Assembly: GCA_028865335.1 (NCBI GenBank)
Contig: JAGWKK010000002.1
Coordinates: 1-43,235 of the forward strand
Reading direction: 5' to 3'
Length of the DNA: 43,235 nucleotides
Origin: Patescibacteria group bacterium
GTDB taxonomy: Bacteria; Patescibacteriota; Minisyncoccia; UBA6257; 02-FULL-45-10c
Position numbers and translations under genes: made by a program. The notes under the pieces are model-generated. The model did no database searches, had not been told where the DNA came from, and saw only the letters and a program-made list of their open reading frames with translations. Each line of letters begins with the position of its first letter. Within the stretch, counting starts at the first letter, position 1. This document shows, one piece after another, positions 1-11,679 of the stretch.

Positions 1-238
1 TCACAACGAGCTTTCTTTACCGTGGGGTCTGGTAGGGCGTTTCGTTTCCATTTCGGGTTCCTCGAGGGTCCGATCCGGCCGCAACGCTCCCCGCCAGGTT
101 ACTGTTTTGCGGGAAGCGAGATATGCGAAGGATCGGATCATCCCGCACATGTCTCGCCCCCGCAAATGATTTATTAACGAACTATAACAATATAGCATAG
201 TCGGCCCGATAAGTCAATACCCGGCCGATGCCCGAGGA

Positions 239-267
239 TTGACAGTCCTTAGGAAGTATAGTATTAT
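239..267 (+). promoter_or_regulatory. sigma70-like promoter for ORF 303..593
   Basis: TTGACA 239-244, 17-nt spacer, TATTAT 262-267; GGAGG 294-298 before ATG 303. Confidence 0.45.
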
Positions 268-302
268 TACAACCAGAACAAATTCGCACGCATGGAGGCG
301 GC

Positions 303-593
303 ATGGGAGATCTCATCACGGCTTCGCTGGGCAGCACGCGGATGCTGGCGGCGATCCGCCCGTACAGATCGCAGCTGGAATACTGCGTCGAGTTCAGCAA
401 GAAGGCGGACGGCACAGGCGTTGTCCTGGTGCAGTGCTTCGTGCGGAATGTCGAGGACTACGACGACACGAAGCCGTACGAACACCTCCGGCACTGGGAC
501 CGGGCGAAGCTCGACTCCTATCTGCCGCAACTCGAGACCGCGGCGCTGAAGTGGTTCGGGATCGCGCCGGCCCGGCAGCAGGCGACTCGATAA
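303..593 (+). CDS. hypothetical small protein (96 aa)
   Basis: ATG with GGAGG 4 nt upstream, own promoter and downstream hairpin terminator; no recognisable motif. Confidence 0.5.
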   Translation: MGDLITASLGSTRMLAAIRPYRSQLEYCVEFSKKADGTGVVLVQCFVRNVEDYDDTKPYEHLRHWDRAKLDSYLPQLETAALKWFGIAPARQQATR

Positions 594-610
594 GAACGCT
601 CCTGCCGTAA

Positions 611-638
611 CACCTTCCTTTCGGGGAGGGTGTTTTTT
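611..638 (+). terminator. intrinsic terminator
   Basis: CACCTTCC/GGAGGGTG 8-bp stem, 6-nt loop, then TTTTTT. Confidence 0.6.
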
Positions 639-2235
639 ATTGCGTTATGCCGAAGAATGAGCGGGGAATTTCGTATTGCCTGATGAGGTCCGCATTCTGC
701 GGAGTCCGCCGGACGAAGATGATGATATAGCCGTCGATATAGACAGGCGCCCAGTCCGCATCGTGCAGCCGCGCCGAAAGAAATTGCTGGCTCCACGGGG
801 TCAGGTCGTGATACCCGAAAACGATCGCATTGAAGTCATGCGCAGCGAGTTCTTTCTGCCAGAGCGCATCATTCTCCTGCATCGGAATATAGGTATCCGC
901 GAAAAACGAAGCGGGATATGCCTCGGGGCGGTTGTCCACAAAGACTTTCTCCGGCGCATTTTCATAAATGAGAAAGCCGCCGATGTCATAGTTGTTGAAG
1001 ATCGGTCCGGCGATATGATGCGCTTTCAGAAAATCCATACTGTATTCCACGTTGGGCTGAAGGCCGATGCCGAAATTCTGCCGGACCGCCTGCAGCTTTA
1101 CCGGATACGCATGATAGAGAAAGAAAAGTCCGCATGCCGCAGCGGTAGTGCCGATGAGAAATACCAACTCCGGGTCATGCAAGTATTTCTCCGGCAATGC
1201 CCGGTGCAGGGCGAACGAAAGCACGGGAAGCGCAAAAAGGCCGAAGAGCGTGATGTTCCGCAGCGCAAGAAATCCCGCGACGCCGAATCCGATGCCGAGA
1301 AAGGCGAAGAAGGCGAGTTCCGCAGAAGAATCAAAATCCCATGCGCGACGTCGATACCACGCGCCCGAAATCGCCAGAAGCATCAGCAGAGCGACGCCGG
1401 CATACAAGACGATATTCGGATCACCGAAACCGTAATTCCACAGGAACCAGAGCGTCTGGTTTTCGACCAAACGGTAGCCGTAATTATTGAAAATGGTGAA
1501 CGCGTAGGTGATGGCGCGATAGCCGAACGGATTGATCAGCGTTGCAAGCGATGTTCCAACAAATACGAACATGAGGTTGCGGATCTTCACACGCTCCTGC
1601 CGGCAGAAAAACAGCGCGCCGACCGCGACGATTCCCGCCAGCATCGGTCCGAGGAAAAAGTAGATGTGCATGTTGACCCAGAGGACCTGCAGCAGCGGAA
1701 GGGCGAAGAGCCAGCGGGCGCGGATGCGGTGGCGGTGATAATTCCACAGAACCCACAGGAAAATGGCCGCGAAGAGGTAGCTGAAACCTTCCGGGCGGAC
1801 TTCCACGCGCTCCGCGATGAGCGGGATGACCAGCGCAGCCACCGGAACCGCGATGCCGTAACCGCCTTCCCGCGCCGCGATCAGGAAAAATATCAGGAAT
1901 GTCGCCAAGGAAATCAGGATGAAGAGGATGGAGAGTGCGCCGAATCCGCCGAGCTGATGGACGGCATAGAATATGAGTCCGGTACCCCAGTGATGGTTGA
2001 CCGTGGTGAATCCGGGGTCGGTATATGAATAGAAGTTGGTGCCGAGAACGTCATGGAAGAGCGTCATGTCGCCGGTCGTGAGAGCGCTGTACTCCACGCT
2101 TCCGTTGGTGATGTGGCGGCCGAGATCGGATGTCGTCAGATCCACTTTCTGCACCAGAAAGAACCCGTACCAGCCGAGCAGGAGGAGAATCGCGATCCAG
2201 CGCGCGTTGCGCGTGAAATACTGATGGGTATCCAT
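637..2235 (-). CDS. polytopic integral membrane protein, possibly GT-C-fold glycosyltransferase-like (532 aa)
   Basis: About 12 hydrophobic segments followed by a soluble C-terminal domain; the function is a guess from architecture only. Confidence 0.7.
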   Translation of the reverse strand: MDTHQYFTRNARWIAILLLLGWYGFFLVQKVDLTTSDLGRHITNGSVEYSALTTGDMTLFHDVLGTNFYSYTDPGFTTVNHHWGTGLIFYAVHQLGGFGALSILFILISLATFLIFFLIAAREGGYGIAVPVAALVIPLIAERVEVRPEGFSYLFAAIFLWVLWNYHRHRIRARWLFALPLLQVLWVNMHIYFFLGPMLAGIVAVGALFFCRQERVKIRNLMFVFVGTSLATLINPFGYRAITYAFTIFNNYGYRLVENQTLWFLWNYGFGDPNIVLYAGVALLMLLAISGAWYRRRAWDFDSSAELAFFAFLGIGFGVAGFLALRNITLFGLFALPVLSFALHRALPEKYLHDPELVFLIGTTAAACGLFFLYHAYPVKLQAVRQNFGIGLQPNVEYSMDFLKAHHIAGPIFNNYDIGGFLIYENAPEKVFVDNRPEAYPASFFADTYIPMQENDALWQKELAAHDFNAIVFGYHDLTPWSQQFLSARLHDADWAPVYIDGYIIIFVRRTPQNADLIRQYEIPRSFFGITQ

Positions 2236-2240
2236 GGGCC

Positions 2241-3230
2241 CTACTTCCTTTTCGTCTTCGTCTTTGTCGTTTTCTCGGCGATGATCGTCTGCAGGATTTT
2301 CCGGACGTGTTCGATCGCGTCGGGATCATAGATGGAAAGCGGCGCCGCGGACGGATTGAGCTTTTTAAGCTGCGCCAGTTTCTTTTTCAGAGTCGGAGCG
2401 TCAATGACGTCGCTTTTGCTGAGGAAGAGATACTCCTTCTTTTTCAACATTGCCTTGTTATAGGAGCCGAGTTCGGCGCGGATGGTTTTGTAATCGTCCG
2501 CCGGATTTTCGGATTCCGCGGAAACGAGATGGAACAGGATGCGGGTACGTTCCACGTGGCGCAGGAATTTGACGCCGAGTCCGCGTCCGGCGGAAGCGCC
2601 CTCGATCAGTCCCGGAATATCGGCAAGGATCAGGTCATAAAAGACGCCGAGGCTCGGTTCCAGCGTGGTGAACGGATAGTTGGCCACTTTGCTCTTCGCG
2701 CCGGTGAGTTCGTTCAAGAGGCTCGATTTTCCGGCATTCGGCAAACCGATAAGGCCGATGTCGGCGATGAGCTTCAGCTCGAGCCGCACATTCCATTTTT
2801 CTCCTGGCAATCCGAACTGAAACCGTTTCGGGCTGGTATTTTTCGATGAGCGGAAGAGGTAGTTGCCCTTGCCGCCGTGCCCGCCTTTCGCCGCGAGAAT
2901 ACGCTCGCCGATGCGGGTGATTTCGGTATCGGTCCCGGTATCCAGATTGTGGATCACCGTGCCGACCGGGATCTTCAGCGTCAGGTCTTCGGCGGTCTTG
3001 CCGTCCACGAATTGCCCGCGGCCGTCCTCGCCGCGTTTCGCCGCCATGAGTTTCCTGTGGCGGAATTGGTGGAGCGCGCTCAGATCGGAGACGCCTTCAA
3101 AAAAGATGTCGCCGCCGTCGCCGCCGGTGCCGCCCGCAGGTCCGAGCGCCATTTTGTTCTTATCAAATGCCACCGCCCCGCGGCCGCCGTCGCCGGCATG
3201 GATTTCGATTGTCACGTCATCAATAAGCAT
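2241..3230 (-). CDS. obg: GTPase Obg/CgtA
   Basis: N-terminal glycine-rich Obg fold (GGRGAVAF, GGDGGDI), G1 GLPNAGKSSLL, DIPGLIEGAS. Confidence 0.95.
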   Translation of the reverse strand: MLIDDVTIEIHAGDGGRGAVAFDKNKMALGPAGGTGGDGGDIFFEGVSDLSALHQFRHRKLMAAKRGEDGRGQFVDGKTAEDLTLKIPVGTVIHNLDTGTDTEITRIGERILAAKGGHGGKGNYLFRSSKNTSPKRFQFGLPGEKWNVRLELKLIADIGLIGLPNAGKSSLLNELTGAKSKVANYPFTTLEPSLGVFYDLILADIPGLIEGASAGRGLGVKFLRHVERTRILFHLVSAESENPADDYKTIRAELGSYNKAMLKKKEYLFLSKSDVIDAPTLKKKLAQLKKLNPSAAPLSIYDPDAIEHVRKILQTIIAEKTTKTKTKRK

Positions 3231-3310
3231 AGAGGATGTATTTTCGCTTCCATTATAGTATACGGTACTTTCGGGTTGTTGTCTGCGGCCCTTTCCAGTA
3301 CACTGGGTCT

Positions 3311-4033
3311 ATGGCCACCGAAGAATTCCCGATGCGGATCAACAAATATCTCGCCTCTCAGAAGATCGCCAGCCGGCGCGGCGTTGACGACCTCATCCGC
3401 CAGAAGCTGGTGCGTATCAACGGACGCATCGCGATGCTGGGCGCGCAGGTCAATGAGGGCGACAAAGTGACCGTCGGCAAAGTCGTTCAGGAGCAGATCC
3501 AGAAGCACCGGACCTATCTCGCGTACAACAAGCCGCGCGGCGTCGTGTCGCATACTCCCGAAGAGGGACAGCAGCAGATCACCGATGTCGTCAATGTCGG
3601 TTTCCCGGTTTTTCCGATCGGGCGGCTGGACCGCGCGTCCCGCGGACTCATCATCCTGACCAACGACGGGCGGATCACCGGCAGATTGCTGGATCCGCAG
3701 TATGAACACGAAAAGGAATATGCGGTGACGGTTGACCGTCCGCTGGAGAAGCATTTTCTGCGCCATCTTGCCGCGGGCATGAAGATCGAAAGCGAAAAAA
3801 CCCGGCCGGCGGAAGTGAAGCAGACGGGGGAGAATCGCTTCACGATCATACTCAGCGAAGGCAAGCGGCATCAGATCCGCCGCATGTGCGCGGCATTCGG
3901 CTATCGGGTGACCGATCTCCGCCGCACCCGCATCATGAACATCAAACTGGGCGCGCTTGCCGAAGGAACCTGGCGGAAGATAGAAGGGGATGAATTGAAG
4001 ACGTTTTTGACCGCGCTTGGTTTTGAAGAATAG
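3311..4033 (+). CDS. pseudouridine synthase, RsuA/RluF family, with S4 domain
   Basis: MRINKYLA S4-type N-terminus and catalytic GRLDRASRGLIILTNDG. Start is ATG 3311 or 3332; the listed 3236 start is rejected. Confidence 0.9.
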   Translation: MATEEFPMRINKYLASQKIASRRGVDDLIRQKLVRINGRIAMLGAQVNEGDKVTVGKVVQEQIQKHRTYLAYNKPRGVVSHTPEEGQQQITDVVNVGFPVFPIGRLDRASRGLIILTNDGRITGRLLDPQYEHEKEYAVTVDRPLEKHFLRHLAAGMKIESEKTRPAEVKQTGENRFTIILSEGKRHQIRRMCAAFGYRVTDLRRTRIMNIKLGALAEGTWRKIEGDELKTFLTALGFEE

Positions 4034-4103
4034 GTTTTTAGATGATGCATGCCTGATCGGTGCATATCTCTTTTCCGTGACTGGGATATACTGAAGAGAG
4101 AAT

Positions 4104-4319
4104 ATGGAGCAATCCAATTTCAAAGTGTGGTATGCGATTTCCTTCGCGTTTCAGCTGGGTTTTTTGACGATCAGCGTCATCGTGGGTTTCGCATGGTTCG
4201 GCTTGTGGCTTGATTCGATCTTCCAGTTCGGAAACCTGTTTTTTCTGCTCGGCGTATTCTTCGGGATGGCGGTCGCCATCTACGAGGCGCACAGCATGGC
4301 GACTTTTATCGTGCAATAG
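4104..4319 (+). CDS. AtpZ/AtpI-like small membrane protein of the ATP synthase operon
   Basis: 71 aa with two TM helices, immediately upstream of atpB. Confidence 0.6.
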   Translation: MEQSNFKVWYAISFAFQLGFLTISVIVGFAWFGLWLDSIFQFGNLFFLLGVFFGMAVAIYEAHSMATFIVQ

Positions 4320-4324
4320 ATCCT

Positions 4325-5092
4325 ATGCTGACCATCTCCCTGCAACCCGAATATCTTTTCACGCTTTTCGGCCTGCCGATCACCAATACGTTCTTTACCG
4401 CGCTCGTGGTTGACCTGGTGCTCATCATTCCGGCGGCGGTGGGATATCTGCTGCGCCGCGACAATCTTTTCGCGAAGACGTTCCGGGTCTTCATCTATGA
4501 ACTGCTGCGCCTGGTTGACGAAGTGACCGGCGACCGCAGGCTGAGCCGGATGATCTTTCCGCTGATCGCGACCTTCTTCCTTTTCATCGTCACCTCCAAT
4601 CTTCTGGAAATCATCCCGGGCTTCCTCGGGTCGTTCTTCGTGGTCGTCGGCGGCAAGCAGGTCGCGCTGCTCCGTTCACCGAACAGCGATTTAACGACCA
4701 CGCTCGCATTGGCTATACTGTCAGTAGGGAGTACGCAGCTCTTTTCGCTGAGGATGCTGGGCATCGGAGGCTACGTTTCCCGTTTCATCAATCTTTCCAG
4801 CCTGCCGGGTTTCATCATGGGATTTTTTGAGGGGATATCGGAATTGATCAAGCTCTTCTCATTCTCGTTCAGGCTGTTCGGCAACATATTTGCCGGCGAG
4901 GTGCTTCTGCTGATCGTCGGGTTTCTCGTTCCGTATATCATACCGATGCCGTTCATGATCCTGGAAATATTCGTCGGCATCGTGCAGGCGTTCATCTTCA
5001 CCATTCTTTCATTGACATTCATCAAAGCGGGTACGCTGCGAATGGAAGCCGTCGGCAGCGCCCATCCAATTAATTCAAACGTATCATTATGA
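4325..5092 (+). CDS. atpB: F0 ATP synthase subunit a
   Basis: Conserved FSFRLFGNIFAGE arginine motif; multi-TM; operon context. Confidence 0.9.
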   Translation: MLTISLQPEYLFTLFGLPITNTFFTALVVDLVLIIPAAVGYLLRRDNLFAKTFRVFIYELLRLVDEVTGDRRLSRMIFPLIATFFLFIVTSNLLEIIPGFLGSFFVVVGGKQVALLRSPNSDLTTTLALAILSVGSTQLFSLRMLGIGGYVSRFINLSSLPGFIMGFFEGISELIKLFSFSFRLFGNIFAGEVLLLIVGFLVPYIIPMPFMILEIFVGIVQAFIFTILSLTFIKAGTLRMEAVGSAHPINSNVSL

Positions 5093-5298
5093 ATCCAACC
5101 GCATTAGTCATGAGCATCGGTACGATCACTCCGGCGCTTGCCATCGGAGCCATCGGAGCGGCCGGCCTGATCGCCATGGCGCGCAATCCGCAGGTCGCCG
5201 ATAAGATCCAGATTTCCATGATCGTCGCGATCGCGTTCGCTGAAGCCATCGCCATCTACGCGCTCGTGGTCGCATTGCTCCTCAAGTTTATCGCCTAG
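5089..5298 (+). CDS. atpE: F0 ATP synthase subunit c
   Basis: 69-aa hairpin proteolipid, ARNPQ loop, carboxylate in AFAEAIAIYALV; ATGA overlap with atpB. Confidence 0.9.
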   Translation: MNPTALVMSIGTITPALAIGAIGAAGLIAMARNPQVADKIQISMIVAIAFAEAIAIYALVVALLLKFIA

Positions 5299-5319
5299 CA
5301 TCGTCCGGCTTCCGCTCTT

Positions 5320-6195
5320 ATGAATTTTTTCAGCAGTTTTGGCGTTGATATCAGATTGCTTATCGCCCAGATCGTCAATTTCGGGATTCTTTTGTGGATT
5401 CTGAATCTGCTGCTGTATAAACCGGTCATCAGCCGCATTGAAAGCGATGAGAAGGAACTGAACGCGGCGCGCATCCAGAATGCGGAATTGGACCGTAAGA
5501 AAAAGGACTTCACCGCAAAAATGGCGAGCGACCTTACGCAATCTCGCGCGCAGTCAAAGGACATCATCACGGAAGCGAAGGCGGTCGCCGAACGGATCAC
5601 GCGCGAGGCGCAGAAGGAAGCCGACGAAGATCTGTCCCGCCAGATGGCATTCGCCAAAAAGCAGGCCCTGTCATTGGAGGAATCCAATACCGCGCTGGCG
5701 AAGCAGGCCGCAGTCCGCGCGGTGGCCGAAACGCTTGCCGCACACCTTGCCGAATCGCTGTCTCCCGACACGCGCCGGGCGCTGAATGACGCTTTCTTTG
5801 ACGAACTGCTGATGAAAATCAGGACGCTTCCGCCGGAGACATTCAGTCATGCGGCCGCCGGAGGGAAGAACGCCGCGGCGACTTTGACCTCTCGGCAGAA
5901 GAAATCAGTCCGGGGATTGGTGAAAGAGGAAAGCGAAAAGCTGCACGAAGGCTCCGAAGGATTCTCTGAACGCATGTATTTCGCCCATTCGGAAGCGCAG
6001 CTGACGTCGGCGATCCCGCTGACTGAAAAGCAGGTCGCGGATGCGGGGAAGGCGCTGAAGAAAGTCACCGGACTCAAGGAGTTGTCGGTGGTTCCGGCGG
6101 TTTCCGGAAATCTCGTCGCGGGATGCGTGCTGGAATTCCGGGGCGTCTCGCTCGAATCGAATCTATTATACGAAATAAACCATGCCGCAGACTAA
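5320..6195 (+). CDS. atpF: F0 subunit b fused to a delta(OSCP)-like C-terminal segment (291 aa)
   Basis: N-terminal TM plus long charged helix typical of b. The C-terminus (LVAGCVLEFRGVSLESNLLYEI) resembles the end of delta. No separate atpH lies between b and alpha. Confidence 0.75.
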   Translation: MNFFSSFGVDIRLLIAQIVNFGILLWILNLLLYKPVISRIESDEKELNAARIQNAELDRKKKDFTAKMASDLTQSRAQSKDIITEAKAVAERITREAQKEADEDLSRQMAFAKKQALSLEESNTALAKQAAVRAVAETLAAHLAESLSPDTRRALNDAFFDELLMKIRTLPPETFSHAAAGGKNAAATLTSRQKKSVRGLVKEESEKLHEGSEGFSERMYFAHSEAQLTSAIPLTEKQVADAGKALKKVTGLKELSVVPAVSGNLVAGCVLEFRGVSLESNLLYEINHAAD

Positions 6196-7711
6196 ACGAA
6201 CAAACCACGTCCGCGAAGTCGGATCCATAGTCTCTTTTTATGCCGGCATCGGGAAGATCGTCGGTCTGCCGCACGTCTTTTTGAATGAGCTGCTGGTCGA
6301 TGAGCGGGGAGAGCCGGCGGCGATCGTCATTGGCTTCAGCGAGGAATCGGTGGATTCCCGGCGGACGCAGGTTTTCAAGCCGGAAGCGATCGTGGTGGAA
6401 TTCAGCCAGGAAACCGTCGATGCGATATTTTTCAATGATCAGGTGGACATCAACAAACCGGTCTACCGCAGCGGGAAACTGTTTTCAGTACAGGTGTCCG
6501 ACGACCATCTCGGCCGTGTCGTCAACGGATTCGGTCTGCCGGCCGACGGCCTCGGGCCGATCACCGGAACTGACGCGCAGGTGTTCCGCCAGGCGCCTCA
6601 GATCATCGACCGCAAACCGGTCGCCACGCCGCTTTCCGCGGGTGTCAGCACCGTCGATACGATGCTTTCCATCGGCCGCGGCCAGCGCGAGCTTCTGATC
6701 GGAGACCGCAAACTCGGCAAAAGCACGCTAGCGGTGGATATGATCCTGAATCAGAAGAACGCGAAGCCGCCGGTCTATTGCGTCTATGTCCTGTGCGGGC
6801 AGCAGACGGCCCGCATCCGCGATATTGTCGCCACGTTCAAGGAACGGCACGCCATGGCGTACACGGTCGTCGTCGCCGCTCCGCCGGACAGCTCGTTCGC
6901 GGAGCAGTATCTCGCGCCGTTTGTCGGCTGCGCGATCGGCGAACACTTCCGCGACCAGGGCAAGGACGCGCTGGTGGTATATGACGATCTCACCAAGCAT
7001 GCGAAAATCTACCGCGACATTTCGCTGCTGCTCAACCGCGCTCCGGGCCGCGAAGCGTATCCGGGAGAAATCTTCTCGCTGCATGCCGGTCTTCTGGAAC
7101 GAGCCGCGCAGGTTTCCGATGAGCAGGGCGGCGGGTCGCTGACCGCGCTTCCGATCATCGAGACCGAGGAAGGGGATATCAGTTCGTATATTCCGACGAA
7201 CGTCATTTCCATCACCGACGGGCAGATCTATTTTGACAGCGATCTCTTTGAAAAAGGATTTCTTCCGGCGATCAACATCGGACTTTCGGTGTCGCGTCTG
7301 GGTTCCCAGGTGCAGCCGCCGCTCCTCAAGAAAATGACCGGCGCATTGCGTCTGACGCTCTCGCAGTACAAGGAGCTTCAGAAATTGGCGCAGCTCGAAA
7401 CATCCATGAACGATGAGACGACGAAGAAGCTCCGGCGCGGGGAACTGATTCTGGAACTGCTGAATCAGGACAAGCACGAACTCATCTCCTGGCAATCCCA
7501 GGTGGTGGTGTTCTTCGCCGCGCAGAACGGCGTTTTTGACGATCTCGCGAAGGAGCAATGGAAGAGCGTGCGGGATCTGCTGATCGATGTCCTGAACAGC
7601 CGGTATCCGGACATTCTCACTTCGATTTCAAAAGGAACCTGGCACGACGGCGTGGAGAAACAGGTGCGCGCGCTGGTCGAAGAAGTAAAGAAGGACTTCC
7701 TGTCCTCATAA
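6182..7711 (+). CDS. atpA: F1 ATP synthase alpha subunit
   Basis: Walker A GDRKLGKST, alpha-type core, operon position. Confidence 0.95.
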   Translation: MPQTKRTNHVREVGSIVSFYAGIGKIVGLPHVFLNELLVDERGEPAAIVIGFSEESVDSRRTQVFKPEAIVVEFSQETVDAIFFNDQVDINKPVYRSGKLFSVQVSDDHLGRVVNGFGLPADGLGPITGTDAQVFRQAPQIIDRKPVATPLSAGVSTVDTMLSIGRGQRELLIGDRKLGKSTLAVDMILNQKNAKPPVYCVYVLCGQQTARIRDIVATFKERHAMAYTVVVAAPPDSSFAEQYLAPFVGCAIGEHFRDQGKDALVVYDDLTKHAKIYRDISLLLNRAPGREAYPGEIFSLHAGLLERAAQVSDEQGGGSLTALPIIETEEGDISSYIPTNVISITDGQIYFDSDLFEKGFLPAINIGLSVSRLGSQVQPPLLKKMTGALRLTLSQYKELQKLAQLETSMNDETTKKLRRGELILELLNQDKHELISWQSQVVVFFAAQNGVFDDLAKEQWKSVRDLLIDVLNSRYPDILTSISKGTWHDGVEKQVRALVEEVKKDFLSS

Positions 7712-7715
7712 CCAT

Positions 7716-9925
<2,210 letters not shown>

Positions 9926-9929
9926 AAAT

Positions 9930-10163
9930 ATGCGCTGTACCGTCCTGACCGGCTCTGATACCAAAAATATCGCCGACGTCGCGCGCATCACGCTACCCGG
10001 CGTCAATGGCGAGCTTTCCATCCTGGAACATCATGCCGAGGCCTTCTTTCTGCTCGCGTCAGGAACGGCAGTGATCGAAAAGACCGATAAATCGGTGGAG
10101 CGGATTTCCGTCCAATCAGGTGGATGTCACGTGCGGGAGGACAGCGTCCTTATCGTCGCATAA
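9930..10163 (+). CDS. atpC: F1 ATP synthase epsilon subunit, beta-sandwich domain only (77 aa)
   Basis: Position after atpD; PGVNGELSILEHHAE motif; the C-terminal helical hairpin is absent. Confidence 0.75.
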   Translation: MRCTVLTGSDTKNIADVARITLPGVNGELSILEHHAEAFFLLASGTAVIEKTDKSVERISVQSGGCHVREDSVLIVA

Positions 10164-10165
10164 CG

Positions 10166-11677
10166 TCAGTCGATGACCGGTTCGTCGCTCTTTATTTCAT
10201 TGTCGATGCGGATCCAGAACGAGGTGACGGCGCCGATGACCAGCAGGACCGCGGCGATTTCAAACACGGTGGCATAGGCCGAAACCTGCGCTTTCAGGAT
10301 GATCAGGCCGATGAACTGCTTGTAGGTTTCCGGCGTCATGAGATTGAGCCGGCTGTTTTCCGCAAGCGTCATCACGTTCCGGCCGATGGTGCTCGTCAGG
10401 ATGGTGCTGAAAATGGCGATGCCGAAGGCGCCTGAAATATTCCGCACCAAGGCGAGGATCGCCGACGCGCTGCCGATCTCCTGCGGCGGAACGACGGACG
10501 CGATGATGTTGGTGCGCTGCGCCATGCCGAAACCGATGCCGAATGCCATGATCGCCAGCGGAACGATCAGGCTCAGCGCGCCGGAGCGCGGATCGATGTA
10601 TGAAAAAAGAAAGACGCCCAATGCCGCGACTGCCGTACTTCCCATGATCACCCAGCGCGCCTGGATTTTGCCGGTCAGGCTTCCGCCGAGCGGTGCGGCT
10701 ACCATGATGCAGAACGCCATCGGAATGAAAAGAAATCCGGTCTGCTGGGCGTTGTATCCCAGGAATGTTTCCGCAAAGATCGGCACAAGGAAAACACTGC
10801 CCATCATGCCCATGAAGACGATGAAGCTGTTCGTAAGCGTGTTGACGAACGCGCTGATTCTGAAGAATTTGAGATCGACGATCGGTTCGGCAACCGTCTG
10901 CTCGATCCACAGAAAGAGCGCCGAGAACACCAGCGTCGCGGCGTAGCAGAGCATGCTGCCCTGCGACATCCATCCCCAGATCGGACCCTGATCAAGCACC
11001 AATACCAATGCGCCGAGCGCCACGCCGAGCGAAATGGATCCCCACCAGTCGAATGACCGGGTTTTCTCATCCGAGGCGGATTCGTCGATGAATTTCAGCG
11101 CCATGAAAAGCCCGAGCAGACCGACCGGAATATTGATGAGAAAAATGGAGCGCCAGCCGAAATTATCGATCAGCGAGCCGCCGATCAGCGGTCCGAATAC
11201 CGACGCGGCGGCGAATGAGGACGACCAGAGTCCGAGGACCTGCGCCCGCTCTTTCATGTCGGTGAAGGTGACGGCAAGAATCGCCATGGCGGTAGGGTAG
11301 TCGGCCGATCCGGCGATGGCCTGGATGATGCGGAAGCCGATCATGGAAGTCAGGTTCCAGGCGAATCCGGCAAGCGCCGAGCCGATCAGGAATCCGACGA
11401 AGCCCATGACATACACCTTCTTCCGGCCGATGGTATCACCGAGTTTGCCCCATACCGGAACGAAAATGGCGTTCGCGAGAATATACGCCGTCGCGATCCA
11501 TCCGGCCGCGGAAACGGTGATTTTGAAATCAAGGATGATCTTCGGCAGCGCAAGGTTGACGATGGTCTGGTCCAGACGGCCCAGAAAAGTTCCCAGAATG
11601 ACGGTGATAAGCACCCACCAGCGCAAATTATCCGATTTCGGAATGGCGGAAGCAGCCGCCGGAGCGGTCTGTTCCAT
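10166..11677 (-). CDS. MFS transporter, DHA2 (EmrB/QacA-like, about 14 TMS) drug efflux family
   Basis: Motif A-like GKLGDTIGRKKV, about 14 hydrophobic segments, 503 aa. Confidence 0.9.
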   Translation of the reverse strand: MEQTAPAAASAIPKSDNLRWWVLITVILGTFLGRLDQTIVNLALPKIILDFKITVSAAGWIATAYILANAIFVPVWGKLGDTIGRKKVYVMGFVGFLIGSALAGFAWNLTSMIGFRIIQAIAGSADYPTAMAILAVTFTDMKERAQVLGLWSSSFAAASVFGPLIGGSLIDNFGWRSIFLINIPVGLLGLFMALKFIDESASDEKTRSFDWWGSISLGVALGALVLVLDQGPIWGWMSQGSMLCYAATLVFSALFLWIEQTVAEPIVDLKFFRISAFVNTLTNSFIVFMGMMGSVFLVPIFAETFLGYNAQQTGFLFIPMAFCIMVAAPLGGSLTGKIQARWVIMGSTAVAALGVFLFSYIDPRSGALSLIVPLAIMAFGIGFGMAQRTNIIASVVPPQEIGSASAILALVRNISGAFGIAIFSTILTSTIGRNVMTLAENSRLNLMTPETYKQFIGLIILKAQVSAYATVFEIAAVLLVIGAVTSFWIRIDNEIKSDEPVID

Positions 11678-11679
11678 GA

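Noticed and set aside
1-198. 65-aa minus-strand ORF at the window start
   Set aside because: It is short, has no RBS or motif, and is truncated in context by the window edge. It is not reported as a gene.
676-2028. 450-aa plus-strand ORF antisense to the membrane protein gene
   Set aside because: It has an Arg/Glu/Asp-rich, low-complexity translation typical of the reverse frame of a GC-biased gene. The minus-strand ORF gives a coherent polytopic membrane protein.
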